Positions 38,971 through 50,753 of a DNA stretch of 64,000 bases are shown here, one piece after another. Location of the stretch: contig CDPCPM010000301.1 of NCBI GenBank assembly GCA_976551045.1, forward strand, positions 2,294,001-2,358,000, written 5' to 3'. The stretch is from Glaucostegus cemiculus (lineage: Eukaryota). The notes beneath the pieces are model-generated. The model was not told the origin of the DNA, searched no databases, and saw nothing but the letters and a program-made list of their open reading frames with translations. Within the stretch, counting starts at the first letter, position 1; the number at the start of each line of letters is the position of its first letter. Position numbers and translations under genes: made by a program.

Positions 38971-39559
38971 CACATTTTCTATGCCTGTGAATGTAAATGC
39001 CATTTTCTTTTCATAAAATTTGTTTCAGCACTACAGAATATCCAGCATTAATTAGAATTCTAACCTGCTCCAGTCCAATTTTTTTTCTCAATCATAATTT
39101 TTGAAGATGGATATATAAGAAGATTCATGTGGCCATTTCCAACAGTTAATCATTGCACTCTACCTCCGCCCCAGAAAGGTGAAAAACTTTGCATTGAATG
39201 CATTCTTCAAACCCAGTAAATAAAATGGATGCAATACTTCTAATTATCTCAACATTTTTTTCCATGATGTAATGGATTTAAAAATGCAGGAAGATCAGGA
39301 ATGAGTTAACAACATCAAGATCAGCGACAACATTCTTTCCTGAAGTGTACCTTCTTGTGACTAAAACACTAATATTTGCTTTTATTGGTCATGCATGCTT
39401 GAATGACAATCAAAGGAAGCAGTACACTGTGAAATTACATGGCAAAATAAATTTTAAAATGCAACTAAAAACCAAAAACATTCTATGGCACTCAGCTGAA
39501 ATAAAAATTATCGATTTGTGGATTGTGCAAATGCAGTATTTTAGTGCCTTTGGTGATGA

Positions 39560-40365
39560 AGAATTGGAATTGGTTTATTGTCACATGTACCACTTGTGAA
39601 AACCTTGTCTTACATACTGTTAATACAGATCAGTTCATTACACAGTGCATTGAGGTAGTACAAAGTAAAATACAGAATGCAGAATAAAGTGTAACAACTA
39701 CAGAGAAAGCGCAGTGTAGGTAGACAATAAGGTACAAGGTCATAACGAGGTAGATTATGAGGTTAAGAGTCCATTTTATTGGAATAGGGAACTGGTCAAT
39801 AGTCTTATAACAGCAGGACAGAAGCTGTCCTTGAGCCTGGTGGTATGTGCTTTCAGACTTTTGTATCTTCTGCCCAATGGGATAGGGGAGAAGAGAGAAT
39901 GTCCCAGGTGGGTTGGGTCTTTGATTATGTTGGCTGCTTCACCAGGGCAGCGAGAAGTATAGACAGAGTTCATGGAGGGGAGGCTGGTTTCTATGACGTG
40001 CTGAGCTGTATCCAAAACTCTCTTCAGTTTCTTGTGGTCCTGGGTAGAGCAGTTGCCATACCAAGCCATGATGTACCCAGAAAGGATGCTTCCTATGGTA
40101 CATCAATAAAAATTGGTGAGTGTCAAATGAGACATGTAAATTTCTTTTGCCTCCTGAGGAAGTAGAGGCGCTGGTGAGCTTTCTTGGGCATGGTATCTAC
40201 ATTGTTGGACCAGGACAGACTGTTGGTGATGTTCACTCCTAGGAAGCTATCAACCGTTGATGTAGACAGGAGCATGTGCACCACCCCCCTTCCTTAAGTC
40301 AATAAGCAGCTCCTTTGCTTTGCTGATATTGAGGGAAAGGTTGTTGTCATGACACCATGTTACTA
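39560..40365 (-). mobile_element. Rex1/Babar-type 3' fragment
   Basis: AWYGNCSTQDHKKLKRVL...IIKDPTHLGH...LGRRYKSLKAHTTRLKDSF (ORF 39776..40069); AATAAACCAATTCCAATTC tail. Confidence 0.8.
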
Positions 40366-41002
40366 TGAAGAGCTATTTTAATAAACAGCTTTTTCCTAAA
40401 GTACAGAGATCTGTGGCATTTTTGCAGCATTTTCAAATGTTATTTAAAGGGATCCTCAGATCTTACAAGTAAAATTATATAGATCTTTTTGAAATATTTT
40501 GTATCTGCCTGAATCACATGTACTTCTTGATGGTAGAAGCTGCAGATTTGGGAGGAGCTGTCAGAGTAGCCCAGATGAAGAACTACAGTATATTTTGTAG
40601 GTGATAGTTACAGCAACCAAAGTGTGCTGGTGATGGAGGGAATGAATGTTTAGGGTGGTGCATGGGATATTAATCAAGCAGATTTTTTTTTGTCCTGAAT
40701 GGTGTCGAGCTTCTTGAGTGTTGGAGTTGAAGTCATTCAGGGAAATGCATATTCCATTGGACACCTACATTGTGCCTTACAGATAATGGAAATGATTTGG
40801 GGTATCAGGAGGTGAGACACTTGTCATAGGATAGTCAACTTGTGGCATATTTTGTGGCCACTGTATTCCGTTCCTGGATCTCAGTCACAGAGTTTTGGCA
40901 TATCCCACAATAAGGCTGAAGCTATCAAGTTTGTCAACAGCAGTCAAGGTTATTGAAGCTTTAGGCATTTTTGTCTGACTCTTTCCAGACTATTGAAAAG
41001 TT

Positions 41003-41280
41003 CAGAATCAGAATTATTATCACTGATTGTATGACGTGAAATTTGTTGGTTTGCAACAGTACATTACGAAGACATAAAATTACTATAAATTACAAAAATA
41101 AATGAATAGTGCAATAAAAGAGGAATAACGAGGTTATGTTCATGGATTCATGGACCATTCAGAAATCTGATGGGGGAGGGGCGGGGAAGAAGCGGTTTCT
41201 GAATTGTTGAGTGTGGGTCTCATGGCTCCTGTACCTCCTCCCCGATAGTAGTAATGAGAAGAGGGCATGTCCCAGAAGGG
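41003..41280 (-). mobile_element. Rex1/Babar-type 3' fragment
   Basis: Same 3' UTR as 6475-6720; (GATTCT)n tail. Confidence 0.7.
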
Positions 41281-41384
41281 ACATCCGGAATCATCAATTA
41301 GTCTCTGATCCATTCCTGTATTAACCAAGTGACTGTTGTGTTGGCAGAAGTAACCACTTGATCAATTTACTTATGGACAACTAC

Positions 41385-41554
41385 TGTTATGGACTAGCTT
41401 ACTATTGGTGAATGTCCCTTTAAGCTAGGGTATTGTGTGTGTGTGTATGTGTGTGTGTGTGCGCGTGTGTTTGTGTGTGTGAAGCAAGCTTACGTCAACA
41501 GAAGATAAAAAGAACGTGATGACATTATTGGAAAGAGAGAGAGAGAGAGAGAGA

Positions 41555-41592
<38 letters not shown>

Positions 41593-42260
41593 GGAAGAGA
41601 GAGACACAGCAGCCTGTTTGTTTCTGTCGATGGATGAAAGACAGTAACTGTGTTTGTCACTACAATCCACGGATGGATTTCTGAAGTAATCCAGTGGAGT
41701 CCACTTTGTCGTTAACCTGAAGAAGGAAACAAGTATTTGTGTGGACGGTTACGTTTCGGATGCTTTTCAGAGTGACAGATGCTTTAGAACAAAGTGGTAG
41801 AGTCCACTTTGCTGTTGACCTATAGAAGGAAACAGGTATTTGAGTGGACGGTCATGATTCAGGAGTTTTCGGGGTGAGGACTCACTACCGAATAAACACT
41901 GAAGTGTCGTTTGGGTTCCAAAGTGGAACATTTGGATTTCGTAATTCCTAAGTTCTCTCTATATCTATGTTTTGTCTTCGGTCGATGGTGCTTGCGAAGA
42001 AGCCTTTACTCATGTTTCATCTTATGGCTTGCTGAACTGAACTTTAAGAACCATTCCTGGACTTGGAGTTTAGGAATTTGCCACACACACACAACAAGTT
42101 TAGTTTTTGGGGTTAATGTTTAAGATTCTAACAGTTTTATTTCTAACATTCTAACCTTTTTTTTCTTTATTTTTTGTATTATTGTAAGTAATTATTAGTA
42201 AAGTAGTGTTTAACATTGAATTATGACTTGGTGTGTTTCTTTTGTTGCTGGTTCATAACA
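41385..42260 (+). mobile_element. Solo LTR (Gypsy-type), 876 bp
   Basis: Perfect 7-bp terminal IR TGTTATG...CATAACA; 4-bp TSD CTAC at 41381-41384 and 42261-42264; no PBS or internal region. Strand inferred from AGTAAA near the right end. Confidence 0.85.
41434..41590. repeat. Microsatellites (TG)n and compound (GA)n(CA)n inside the solo LTR
   Basis: Directly visible at 41434-41481 and 41534-41590. Confidence 0.95.
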
Positions 42261-43099
42261 CTACATATAGTAAGATTGGATTCAAAGGATAAAATATTCA
42301 TACATCTATATGTTCAGGCTTTCAATCTATGGAAGTTCTACTGGTGTGTGATGGTCCACAACATGTCATTTAGGTACGATTCTTCCTTACAGCCAAGAAT
42401 CTTAAGAGTCTTCAAAATCATTGATACTTTGACAGTCTGAATAAAGAGAAATTATTTCCACAGGAAATACAGTACCCAGATTTAAGATAACTAGTAAACA
42501 ACTATGTGAGGAATCTCTTGGCCAATCGGAAGATGATGGGAAGAAATACCCTCTAATCATCCACCTTCTGCCCTGTGAAGTCACAATTTGGCATTGACAG
42601 ATAGCAATAGATAGTGATCAGGCCTATGTCTCGCTGTTTTCTCAGATTCCTGGTCACCATTCACCAGGCCTGTGTCTTTCCAATCTGTCAGATTTCTACC
42701 CTTCACACACTAGGCCTGTATTTCTGTCCTCCTAGACTTCTGGTCTCCACTTCCATTCACTAAAAGCCTATCATGGCACCCTTCAAGACATCATTAAATC
42801 TGCTTTTGTATGCAACTTGGTCTTAGGGAAAATTATAAGGACATCCCTGTGTTCTCCCACCACTTGCTAAATCCAGTCACTAATTTAATGTGTCAACTTT
42901 CAACCATCTGCATGGTTGCATCAGAATATCTCCATACCAATTAATATCTTCCTGCAGTTCTTGCTTTCACAGAACATCAGAAAATATACTTTCTATTTAA
43001 ACCTCTGCAGTACCTTAAGCATCATCTGATCTCCCAGCACTAAATTGTAGCACTTGATGTTAAAGCAATGCTTCACATCAGTAACTTGTCTTAATCATA

Positions 43100-43950
43100 A
43101 AAAACATCAGAAATGGAAACAGGAATAGACCATCTGGCACCCTGTGCCTGCTTTGCCATTCATTAAGATCATGGCTAAACTTAACATCAGACTACTTTCC
43201 TGCACTAGCACCATATCACTTCCATCATCTTAATATCTAAACATCTATCGATCTGTGTCCTGAAAATACTTCGTGGCATAGCCCCCAATTCCAAATATTC
43301 ACTTCCCTCTGAGTGAAGAAATTTCTTCACAATTCTATCCTGAATGGCTGATCCCTTATATCTTGACTGTGACTGTTCTGGATGCTTCAGCCATGACAAT
43401 CATCATTTCTGAACATATCCTGTCAAACCCCAAAAGGATTTTAAAATATAAAAAATAGCAAATTCAGGAAACACTCAACAGGCCAGGCAACATCTATGGA
43501 AGGAAAAACAGTGTTAACCTTTCAGGTCAAAAACGCTTCAACAGAACCTGAATTGTTAACTTTGTTTTTCTTTCCATGGATGCTGCCTGACCTGCTGTTT
43601 GCAGCATTTTCTGTGTTTTTTTTAAATTCCAGATTTGCTGCATTGTGATTTTTTTATTCTTTCTATTTTCTAGAAAAGTTTTATGTATTGCAATGAGATC
43701 ACCTCTTCTAAACTCAAGAAAGTACAGGTCCAGTCTGCTTCATCTCTCCTCATATGTCAAACTAACATTCCAGAAATTAACCTGTGAACCTTTTGCTACA
43801 CTACTTCTGTTGCAGTTATATCCTTTTTTGGAGATAATATTCCAAATGTTATCTCCCTAGGGCCCTCTATAGGTAGAATAAGGCATTTGTATTCACATCC
43901 TCAAATCCTGCAATAAAAACCAACATACTGTTTACCCTGCTCACTATTTG
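43100..43950 (-). mobile_element. Degenerate CR1 3' fragment interrupted by a Penelope-type hairpin element (about 43450-43640)
   Basis: KKFLHSEGSEYLE-type UTR junction; inverted arms CAGGCCAGGCAACATCTATGGAAGG / CTTTCCATGGATGCTGCCTGACCTG. Confidence 0.6.
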
Positions 43951-44207
43951 CTAGCTTTCATTAATGTGACACTCAGGTTCCTCTGACACAAATATTTTTC
44001 AACTTCTCACCTCTAAAATTAAAAAAAAATCACATTTATATCTTTTTCTCTCAAAACAAATTTCTAACACGTTATGTACAACAAAAGTTAACAGAATGTT
44101 GAAGGGGCTCATTGTCTTTTTCTGTCAGAGGCATCTTCTCATGCCTTGACCAAATGGAACATGGGGAGATAAAAATCTATTGTTTTAACTTATAATCATT
44201 TCAATAC

Positions 44208-44415
44208 CTTGTAACATTGCAGAATTTGTGTAGAAGTTAAAAGGAACAGCCTGAATTACGTATTCCTCAATATTAAGAGCATTCAGCTTTTCTCCCATGA
44301 GTACAGATTTTCCTGTTCCAGCATTTCCTGCTAACATTACTGGCCGACCCATCTCGATCATTAGATCAATGAAGTAGCGTAAGCGAATTGTCTCTGTTGT
44401 ATGTACAAGGGCAGC
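44208..44415 (-). CDS. DNAH17: Dynein heavy chain exon 7 (AAA3 P-loop)
   Basis: 208 nt, AALVHTTETIRLRYFIDLMIEMGRPVMLAGNAGTGKSVLMG...NSAMLQ; phase 0/1. Confidence 0.95.
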
Positions 44416-45059
44416 CTGTGTTACACAAGGTTGAAAAAAGGAAACAAATTTTAAAAGCCTGCATTTGATGCAGCTTTTTTTTTTATAACAAGCAATTTCT
44501 ATTACCATTTGCAATCAAATATTCATTCACATAAATTCTTATGGAATAATGGGGATCATATTCAGAACAGGAAGATGTCAAACTACATTAGAAAACTCCA
44601 GCTATTCTGGTACACAGAGCTATTCTGTTCTCCCTAATGACTAAATTTGTTAACATCTGAACTTATTTAATAAAACTTTGACCCTACTTTATGTACAAAA
44701 CTTCTGTGGTTCCTTATTTTCCTTCGTTTTGTCTCATCAACAAAGTTCCATATTTATCATTCAAGTTGTTCAGAACAAAAAGATACATTTTAAATATGTA
44801 GTAAAAAAAAAATCAGGGCAAAAATATTTATACATACATGCTTGCAAAAGTGTTCATGAGTTGTCATGGACATGAATTGCAGAGAGGGTCAACTAAATGG
44901 GAAATAGTTAAATGAGCAGTTACATCATGCAGCAGCAAGATATGAGACTTCAAATGAAGCAGGGATTGAGTGATTGTGTGATATCAGTTACCTGTGAAGC
45001 AGAAACTAGAAGCAACAACAAGTAAGGTTTTTGATGGATGGAGCTCTGCAACTGAAGCG

Positions 45060-45575
45060 TTTTCGGAAGATGTTCATTAAAGTTCCACACAGAAGGTTGA
45101 TTGTCAAGGTTGGAATTGAGAGTATTATTCTTATATGGACTAAGAACTGGTGTTGAACAGAAAGCAGTGTGGGAATAAATGGATTGTTTGCAGGATGGCA
45201 GACAATGACCAGGTTAGGTATGATAGGGACTGGTGCCAGCTTTAACAAGCTATATCAATGATTTAGCCAAGGGCACCAAATTTCACATTTCTAATTTTCC
45301 TAATAATTCAATGCCAGGTGGGATTGTTAATATAAAGGAAATATAAAGGGGCTTCAAGGATACATGGACAAGGTGCATGATTATGTGAGAGCATGGCAGA
45401 TGGGATATTATATGGTAAAATGGGAGGTTTTATGCTTTAGAGCACCTATCAGAAAAATTGACTATTTGTTAATAAATGAGAGATTGGACTGTGTTGATGC
45501 TTAATGAGACCAGTTGTGCTCATACAAAAGTCTCTGAAGGCCAAAATACAGGTACAGCAAGTGGCTGAAAGGGCA
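45060..45575 (+). mobile_element. Old CR1 RT fragment
   Basis: Eroded KVPHRRL, YINDL and WQMG motifs. Confidence 0.55.
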
Positions 45576-46460
45576 AATTAACTCTCTAATGAAAGGCCAC
45601 CAACCTGAAATGTTAACTTTTTCCTCTCTCCACAAATGCTACCTGACCTGTTATTTCCATCATTCTCCAATTTCATTTCAGATTTCCAGCATCTGTAGTT
45701 TTTTTTTTTGTTTTTTTATTGCAACTTGCTTCTTTTCCTTGTTGACCATAGTCTCCTCCTTTCCAGATCATTTATCGTTTGGAAGTTTAGCAAATTCCTT
45801 GCTGAAATCCATGCAAACTGCATGAAATACAATTCCCTCATTAAGCTACTTCAAAAAACATGGTTAGGCAGAACCATTCCTCAATAAACCCAACTCCTCG
45901 ATTATTTGATCCTTGATTATCCAGATCTCACTCAATGCTGATTTTGCTGTGCTCATAATTTTTTCAATAAGTTCTCCACTATTGTGCAGCTGAAAGGACT
46001 GACATAATAAAACAATGATGCACCTGAACTGCTCGCAAAGCCTTAGCCCTTGCCTTGGTTGTGTTATGCTGCCCTTGACCTATCCTTTATTTTAATAAAG
46101 TATTTCTTATCACGTCATATGGGTTCTCAGTGAGTCATGTGATAACTTTGATTAAATAACATACAGGGGAGTATAATACTGATTGGGTACTGTCTGAGAT
46201 CCACAAATAACTAGAAGATATCTACATTTCTCCCTTTATATCCCATTCAGCGCTGTCCATTGACTTCAGTCTCTGCAGTATTAACAATTACTGACACTAC
46301 TTCAATCTCATGACAATGAAACCTCAGTCCAATATTTTGTCATATTTAGAACCTATTCTATTCTCACCAATATTCCATCATCTACTCTCTGAATTTGAAC
46401 ATGTAAACCAAATCTACCCACAACCCATTGGTCATTTCAGCTGACCTATGCAGGATCCTG

Positions 46461-46721
46461 GAGACACAAAAGACTGCAGATGCTGGAATCTGAAGCAATA
46501 AACAACCCGCTGGAGGAACTCTGTGGGTGGAGCATCATCTATGGGCAGAAAGGAATTGTTGATGTTTTGGATTGACACCCTACATCAGGGCTAACTCAAT
46601 CATGATGCAGGGTTTTGACCAGAAACATCAATAACAATCCTTCCCTCCCTCCCAACCACACCGCCCCCCACAGATGCTGCTCGACCTGCTGAGTTCCTCC
46701 AGCTGATTTTTTGTTGCTACA
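46461..46721. mobile_element. Palindromic Penelope pLTR-derived hairpin element with a 10-bp flanking direct repeat
   Basis: Inverted arms GCTGGAGGAACTC / GAGTTCCTCCAGC; CAGGATCCTG at 46451-46460 and 46722-46731. Confidence 0.75.
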
Positions 46722-47039
46722 CAGGATCCTGCCCATCAGTAAATCCAATTTGAAATCCTTGTCATCATCTTCAAATCTACCAACAGCATTCTAGCTTCCA
46801 TCTTCTTAACCACACATTCAGTCAACACAACACATTTCATATACTTGTCTCTCAAACCTCATCACAAACAAATTATTCCCACTTATTCAATGCAGCAGCA
46901 CAACTTTCAGTTATTCTCAATTACTATCTGTAACTCCATCCCTGACTCATTTTGCCATTTTACCTACTTATTTTTCCAAATCTGCTAAATAACCATCCTT
47001 TCAACCTCATCTTAGCTTCTTCTGCAGATTTCAGCTCTT

Positions 47040-47606
47040 CAGAATCAGAATCAGTTTTATTGTCACAACCATATACATACATAGTATGCATAGGAGCGAG
47101 ATACTGTCCTCCTCAGGTGCTCGTCCCATAAAATAACATAATAACCAACAGAGACACACATACACACTCGACAGAATAAACATTAAAAAACATTAAACAT
47201 TAAGAGCTACGGAAGTTAAAATTAAATTAGTACGCAGATTAAATTAAAAATGGCCAGTAAATAAATAAATAGTTATTAAAGTGAACGGGCTGGTGTCGGG
47301 CATTTAAAGTGCTGGTGCATTTCTGTGCACCTAGCATCTCTTAGTGTTAACAAAGGAAGATGGAGGGATGAGAGAGTTTGCAGTTCTGACGGCTTGCGGA
47401 AAGAAGCTATTGTTCAGCCTGGTCGTTCTTGCCCTGATACATTTAAGCCTCCTCCCTGATGGCAAAATTGTGAAGAGGTGGTGGGAGGGGTGAGAAGGGT
47501 CGGCCATTATGCTTTTGGTCTTCCTCACACAACGGTCTTTGTATATGTCTGCGAGGGATGGAAGCGAGACACCTATGATCCACTCTGCAGCCCTAACTAT
47601 CTTCTG
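47040..47606 (-). mobile_element. Young Rex1/Babar 3' copy, near-identical to 26551-27118
   Basis: Roughly 17-20 differences over about 570 bp by eye; (GATTCT)n tail; candidate TSD GCTCTT at 47034-47039 and 47606-47611. Confidence 0.92.
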
Positions 47607-48107
47607 CTCTTGTCTCAGTTCTAATGAAAATCCAATGACTTGAAACATTGACCGTTTCTCTCTCCACAGATGGCTGGTTGACTGCTGCATGCTTCTGGTA
47701 TTTTTTGTTTTTGTTTCAGTTTTTGTTCCTCTTATTGCTTTGTAAATAATTATGATCTATTTTGTATATCGAACAAACCATATAAATGCAATTTTATACC
47801 GTATTTATTTCTCTACAAAAATTTTCTACACTTGTTGCTCATTGTTAGAAACTTGTAGACTTTACTGGAGTTTACTTCCATGGGCAACAGCTGTCCTCAA
47901 ATACCCCTTCTAGTGACTTTGGATAACAAGTGTTATCCTCATTACTCTTTGGCCAATGCAGATGAGGGATTAAGACCTGATTCGTCGTGGTCTATGTAAC
48001 TCAGTACTACGTCATAAATGGCATTTGCATGAAAAACAAAAGCAAAAAAACATGAGGAAGGTATTAAAAGTTTATAATAAAAGTAAATATTTTAATGAAT
48101 TAAGTAC

Positions 48108-48281
48108 CTGAAGTGGAGAATCAGAATCCAATTCAAATGCAGGCACTTTTTCTGACCAAGATATGAACCTCTTTGTTTCTGAATCAATGTAATAGTCAAA
48201 TACTGTCCCTTGGGATGGAAACTTGACAGATTTAAACTCATTCACCCACCATTTGCTGAATTCAACACGATAATCCACAAG
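48108..48281 (-). CDS. DNAH17: Dynein heavy chain exon 6
   Basis: 174 nt, LVDYRVEFSKWWVNEFKSVKFPSQGTVFDYY...DSPLQ; phase 0/0. Confidence 0.95.
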
Positions 48282-49179
48282 CTGTAAGGGATAGTGTATA
48301 ATTCAAAATATTGCATAATTTAATGTCTTTCAATGAACATACTGTTTACTGCATCCATTCATTATTAGAAATTTGATTGACCAGAAGGAAAACGTATTAT
48401 CTTTTCAATCAATTTTAAATTACATATGTAATAAATGAAAATTACACCAAAAATTTAGTAATTGCTATCAACTTCCACACCAGTCATGAAAGATACTTAA
48501 AAAAAAAACAGCTAATATGTTGGTGTAGCAAAAGGGCTGATTCCATAACAAGTTAAATATATCCAATTTTCCATTCATCTTATTTTCACAATGGACTTGC
48601 GACCTTTCCACACTTTCATGCCCCATCGAGACAATATACAGGCCTTTCACTTCTTACCCAAACATAGGCCTAAACTGCCCCTCCACCATCACCATCTTCC
48701 TAAATAGATCCTCAAACTGAACAACTCCTCTGATGCTACATATTTTATGTTGTGGGAACTTGTATGGATCTAAGCTCCTTGGTAGAGAAATTATTGTTCT
48801 GAGGGACAGGATTAATTAATTATTATTCTGAGGGACAGGATTAATCTGTACCTGGAGAGGCAGGGACTGATTGATCAGGGAGAATCAGCATTGCATCATT
48901 AAAGGGAAATCCTGTTTAATCAATTTGATTAAATCTTGAGGGGGTAACTAAGTGTTTTAATGAGGGTAGTTTGGTCAATATAGTCTACATGGACTTCAAT
49001 GAGGAGGTGTTGAAGGCAGATACTCTCTCAACATTTAAAAATATACAGATGAGTGCTGGAAATGTCATGGTATTGAAGGCTACAGGTTGAGTGCTAGAAT
49101 AGATAGGTACCTGATGGCTGGCATGGATCTAGTGTGCCAAAGAGCCTGTTTCCATGACTCAATGACTCTAAGCTACGTT

Positions 49180-49950
49180 AGTCTTTTTGTGGGCTATGTA
49201 AAATTTCCTCTATTTCAATCTCTTCACTCATGTATTTCTTTCAGCACATTGATGATTTTATTGGTACTGTTTCCTACTTCACCATCTAGAACATTTTCAT
49301 CAAATTTCCTTCCAACTTCCATCCATCTCTCAACTCCACATGGCCCTTCTCTGACCCTTTCCTCCTCTATCTCTTCTTCAGGACACAGCTTTGTGATCAA
49401 TATCCACTGCAAGTCAATAGCTTCAACAACCACCTTAACTGCAATTCCTCCCATCCTGTTAGGGCTCAGTTTCTTTGTCTCCTTTACATTTGTTCTGATG
49501 ATCCCACTGTCCAGACTAGTGCTTCAGATATACCTTCATTTTTACTCTACTGAGTCTTCTCTGCTACCATATTTGATCGGGTTCTTGACTGTGCCCATTC
49601 CATTTCTTTCACTTGAGATTTCATACCTCATTCCCTCCAGAATCAGCATAATGTTCCCCTTGTCTTCATCTTCCATTTCACCAGCCTCCATGATAGATTG
49701 TCCATCTTTTATAGTATCCAATAAGACCAATATGACCACCAGACAGAAGTTCACCTCTTCTTTCAGAATTCTGGAGGACCATTGGCTGAAGAATTTTCTG
49801 GTTCACTACTCCATCCCCACCAATACCTGTAACTGTTTGAAATACACCTTCCCTGCAATTGCTGAGGATATAATACCTCATCTTTTACCTTCTCCTTTCT
49901 ACCATTCAGTATCCCAATCATACTTTACAGTTGAAACAGTTATTTGCTTC
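49180..49950 (+). mobile_element. Degenerate Penelope-like RT fragment
   Basis: GGCTATGTA...CAGCACATTGATGATTTTATTGGT (YIDD-like), then AACTTCCATCCATCTCTC (NFHPSL) and ACATGG; pyrimidine-rich and multiply frameshifted. Confidence 0.6.
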
Positions 49951-50470
49951 TAGTTCTTTCATTTTAATGCATTATATTTGTTATTCATAATTCTTTTACA
50001 ATAGAGAGAATACACACAAATGGGCTGGACATGATGGGCTAATTAGCCCCCTCCTATGTTGTAACCCTTCTATGATTTATCACTTTAATTTAAAAATGTT
50101 TTAGCTGTATTATGAATGATTTAAATGTATTTCCACTTTTTCTAAATTTGAAAAACTGATTATCATGATTTGTCAGAAGACCTGGATGGTTCTTAGGCAA
50201 GGCCTCAGACTGCACTTCCCATGGCCTATTCAAGCTTGTGGATAGCCTCTGGCAGTGAACTTTGATGACCTGCAATCATAGGGATCCCATGGAAGATGAA
50301 CGCAAGCTAAGGACCAGGTCAAGGCTGACCCAGCCCTGTCAGCTTATAATGTTTGAGTGCAAAAGCCACAATATTTTAACAAAAATGGAATATGCAGAGA
50401 ATCAATCTGGACGACAATGAATACACAAGATTTAATTGAAACTTAAGTATAAAACACACCCAAGTCTTAC

Positions 50471-50753
50471 CTGATCTTGAAACATTGTACCTCCAAAACC
50501 CCAAACACAAGCAAACACAAAATATAGTTCATAGAGTTCCTTGGGAGAATCAGCAGGTGCATTGGCTGGCGTCAAAAGGCATTCCATCAGGTGAAGAACT
50601 GTCTGCACCATGGTGATCTCTGGAAGTGGGGTAATCTTTTTAAATCCTGTTCGCAACTTTTCAAGACAGGTAGGAAAGTACTTATCGAATAGTATCAGAA
50701 GATTTGCCTTTTCCGACTGTACCTCACGACTTTCAATCCAGCTTGCTACCACA
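50471..50753 (-). CDS. DNAH17: Dynein heavy chain exon 5
   Basis: 283 nt, [25 protein letters not shown]...[11 protein letters not shown]; phase 2/0; lies inside ORF 50432..50764. Confidence 0.95.

Noticed and set aside
41425-41670. ORF with VCVC/SLSL/HTHT runs
   Set aside because: Translation of microsatellites.
41718-41750. CTGAAGA-AG-GAAAC as a hammerhead ribozyme
   Set aside because: No stem II, no NUH triplet, and the core is not kept in the second tandem copy.
47331-47690. 119-aa chimeric ORF
   Set aside because: Accidental fusion of a hairpin-repeat flank to the truncated Rex1 C-terminus.
48788-48846. Short direct repeats (about 29 bp here; 15-16 bp near 25469-25499 and 60476-60505) as a CRISPR-like array
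   Set aside because: Two-copy slippage duplications with no spacers, in eukaryotic DNA.
49087-49953. 288-aa + strand ORF, the longest in the track
   Set aside because: S/L/F/I-rich with a TTG start, and it drifts across frames of a decayed pyrimidine-rich Penelope RT plus a CR1 tail. No recognisable domain, so most likely a chance open frame.
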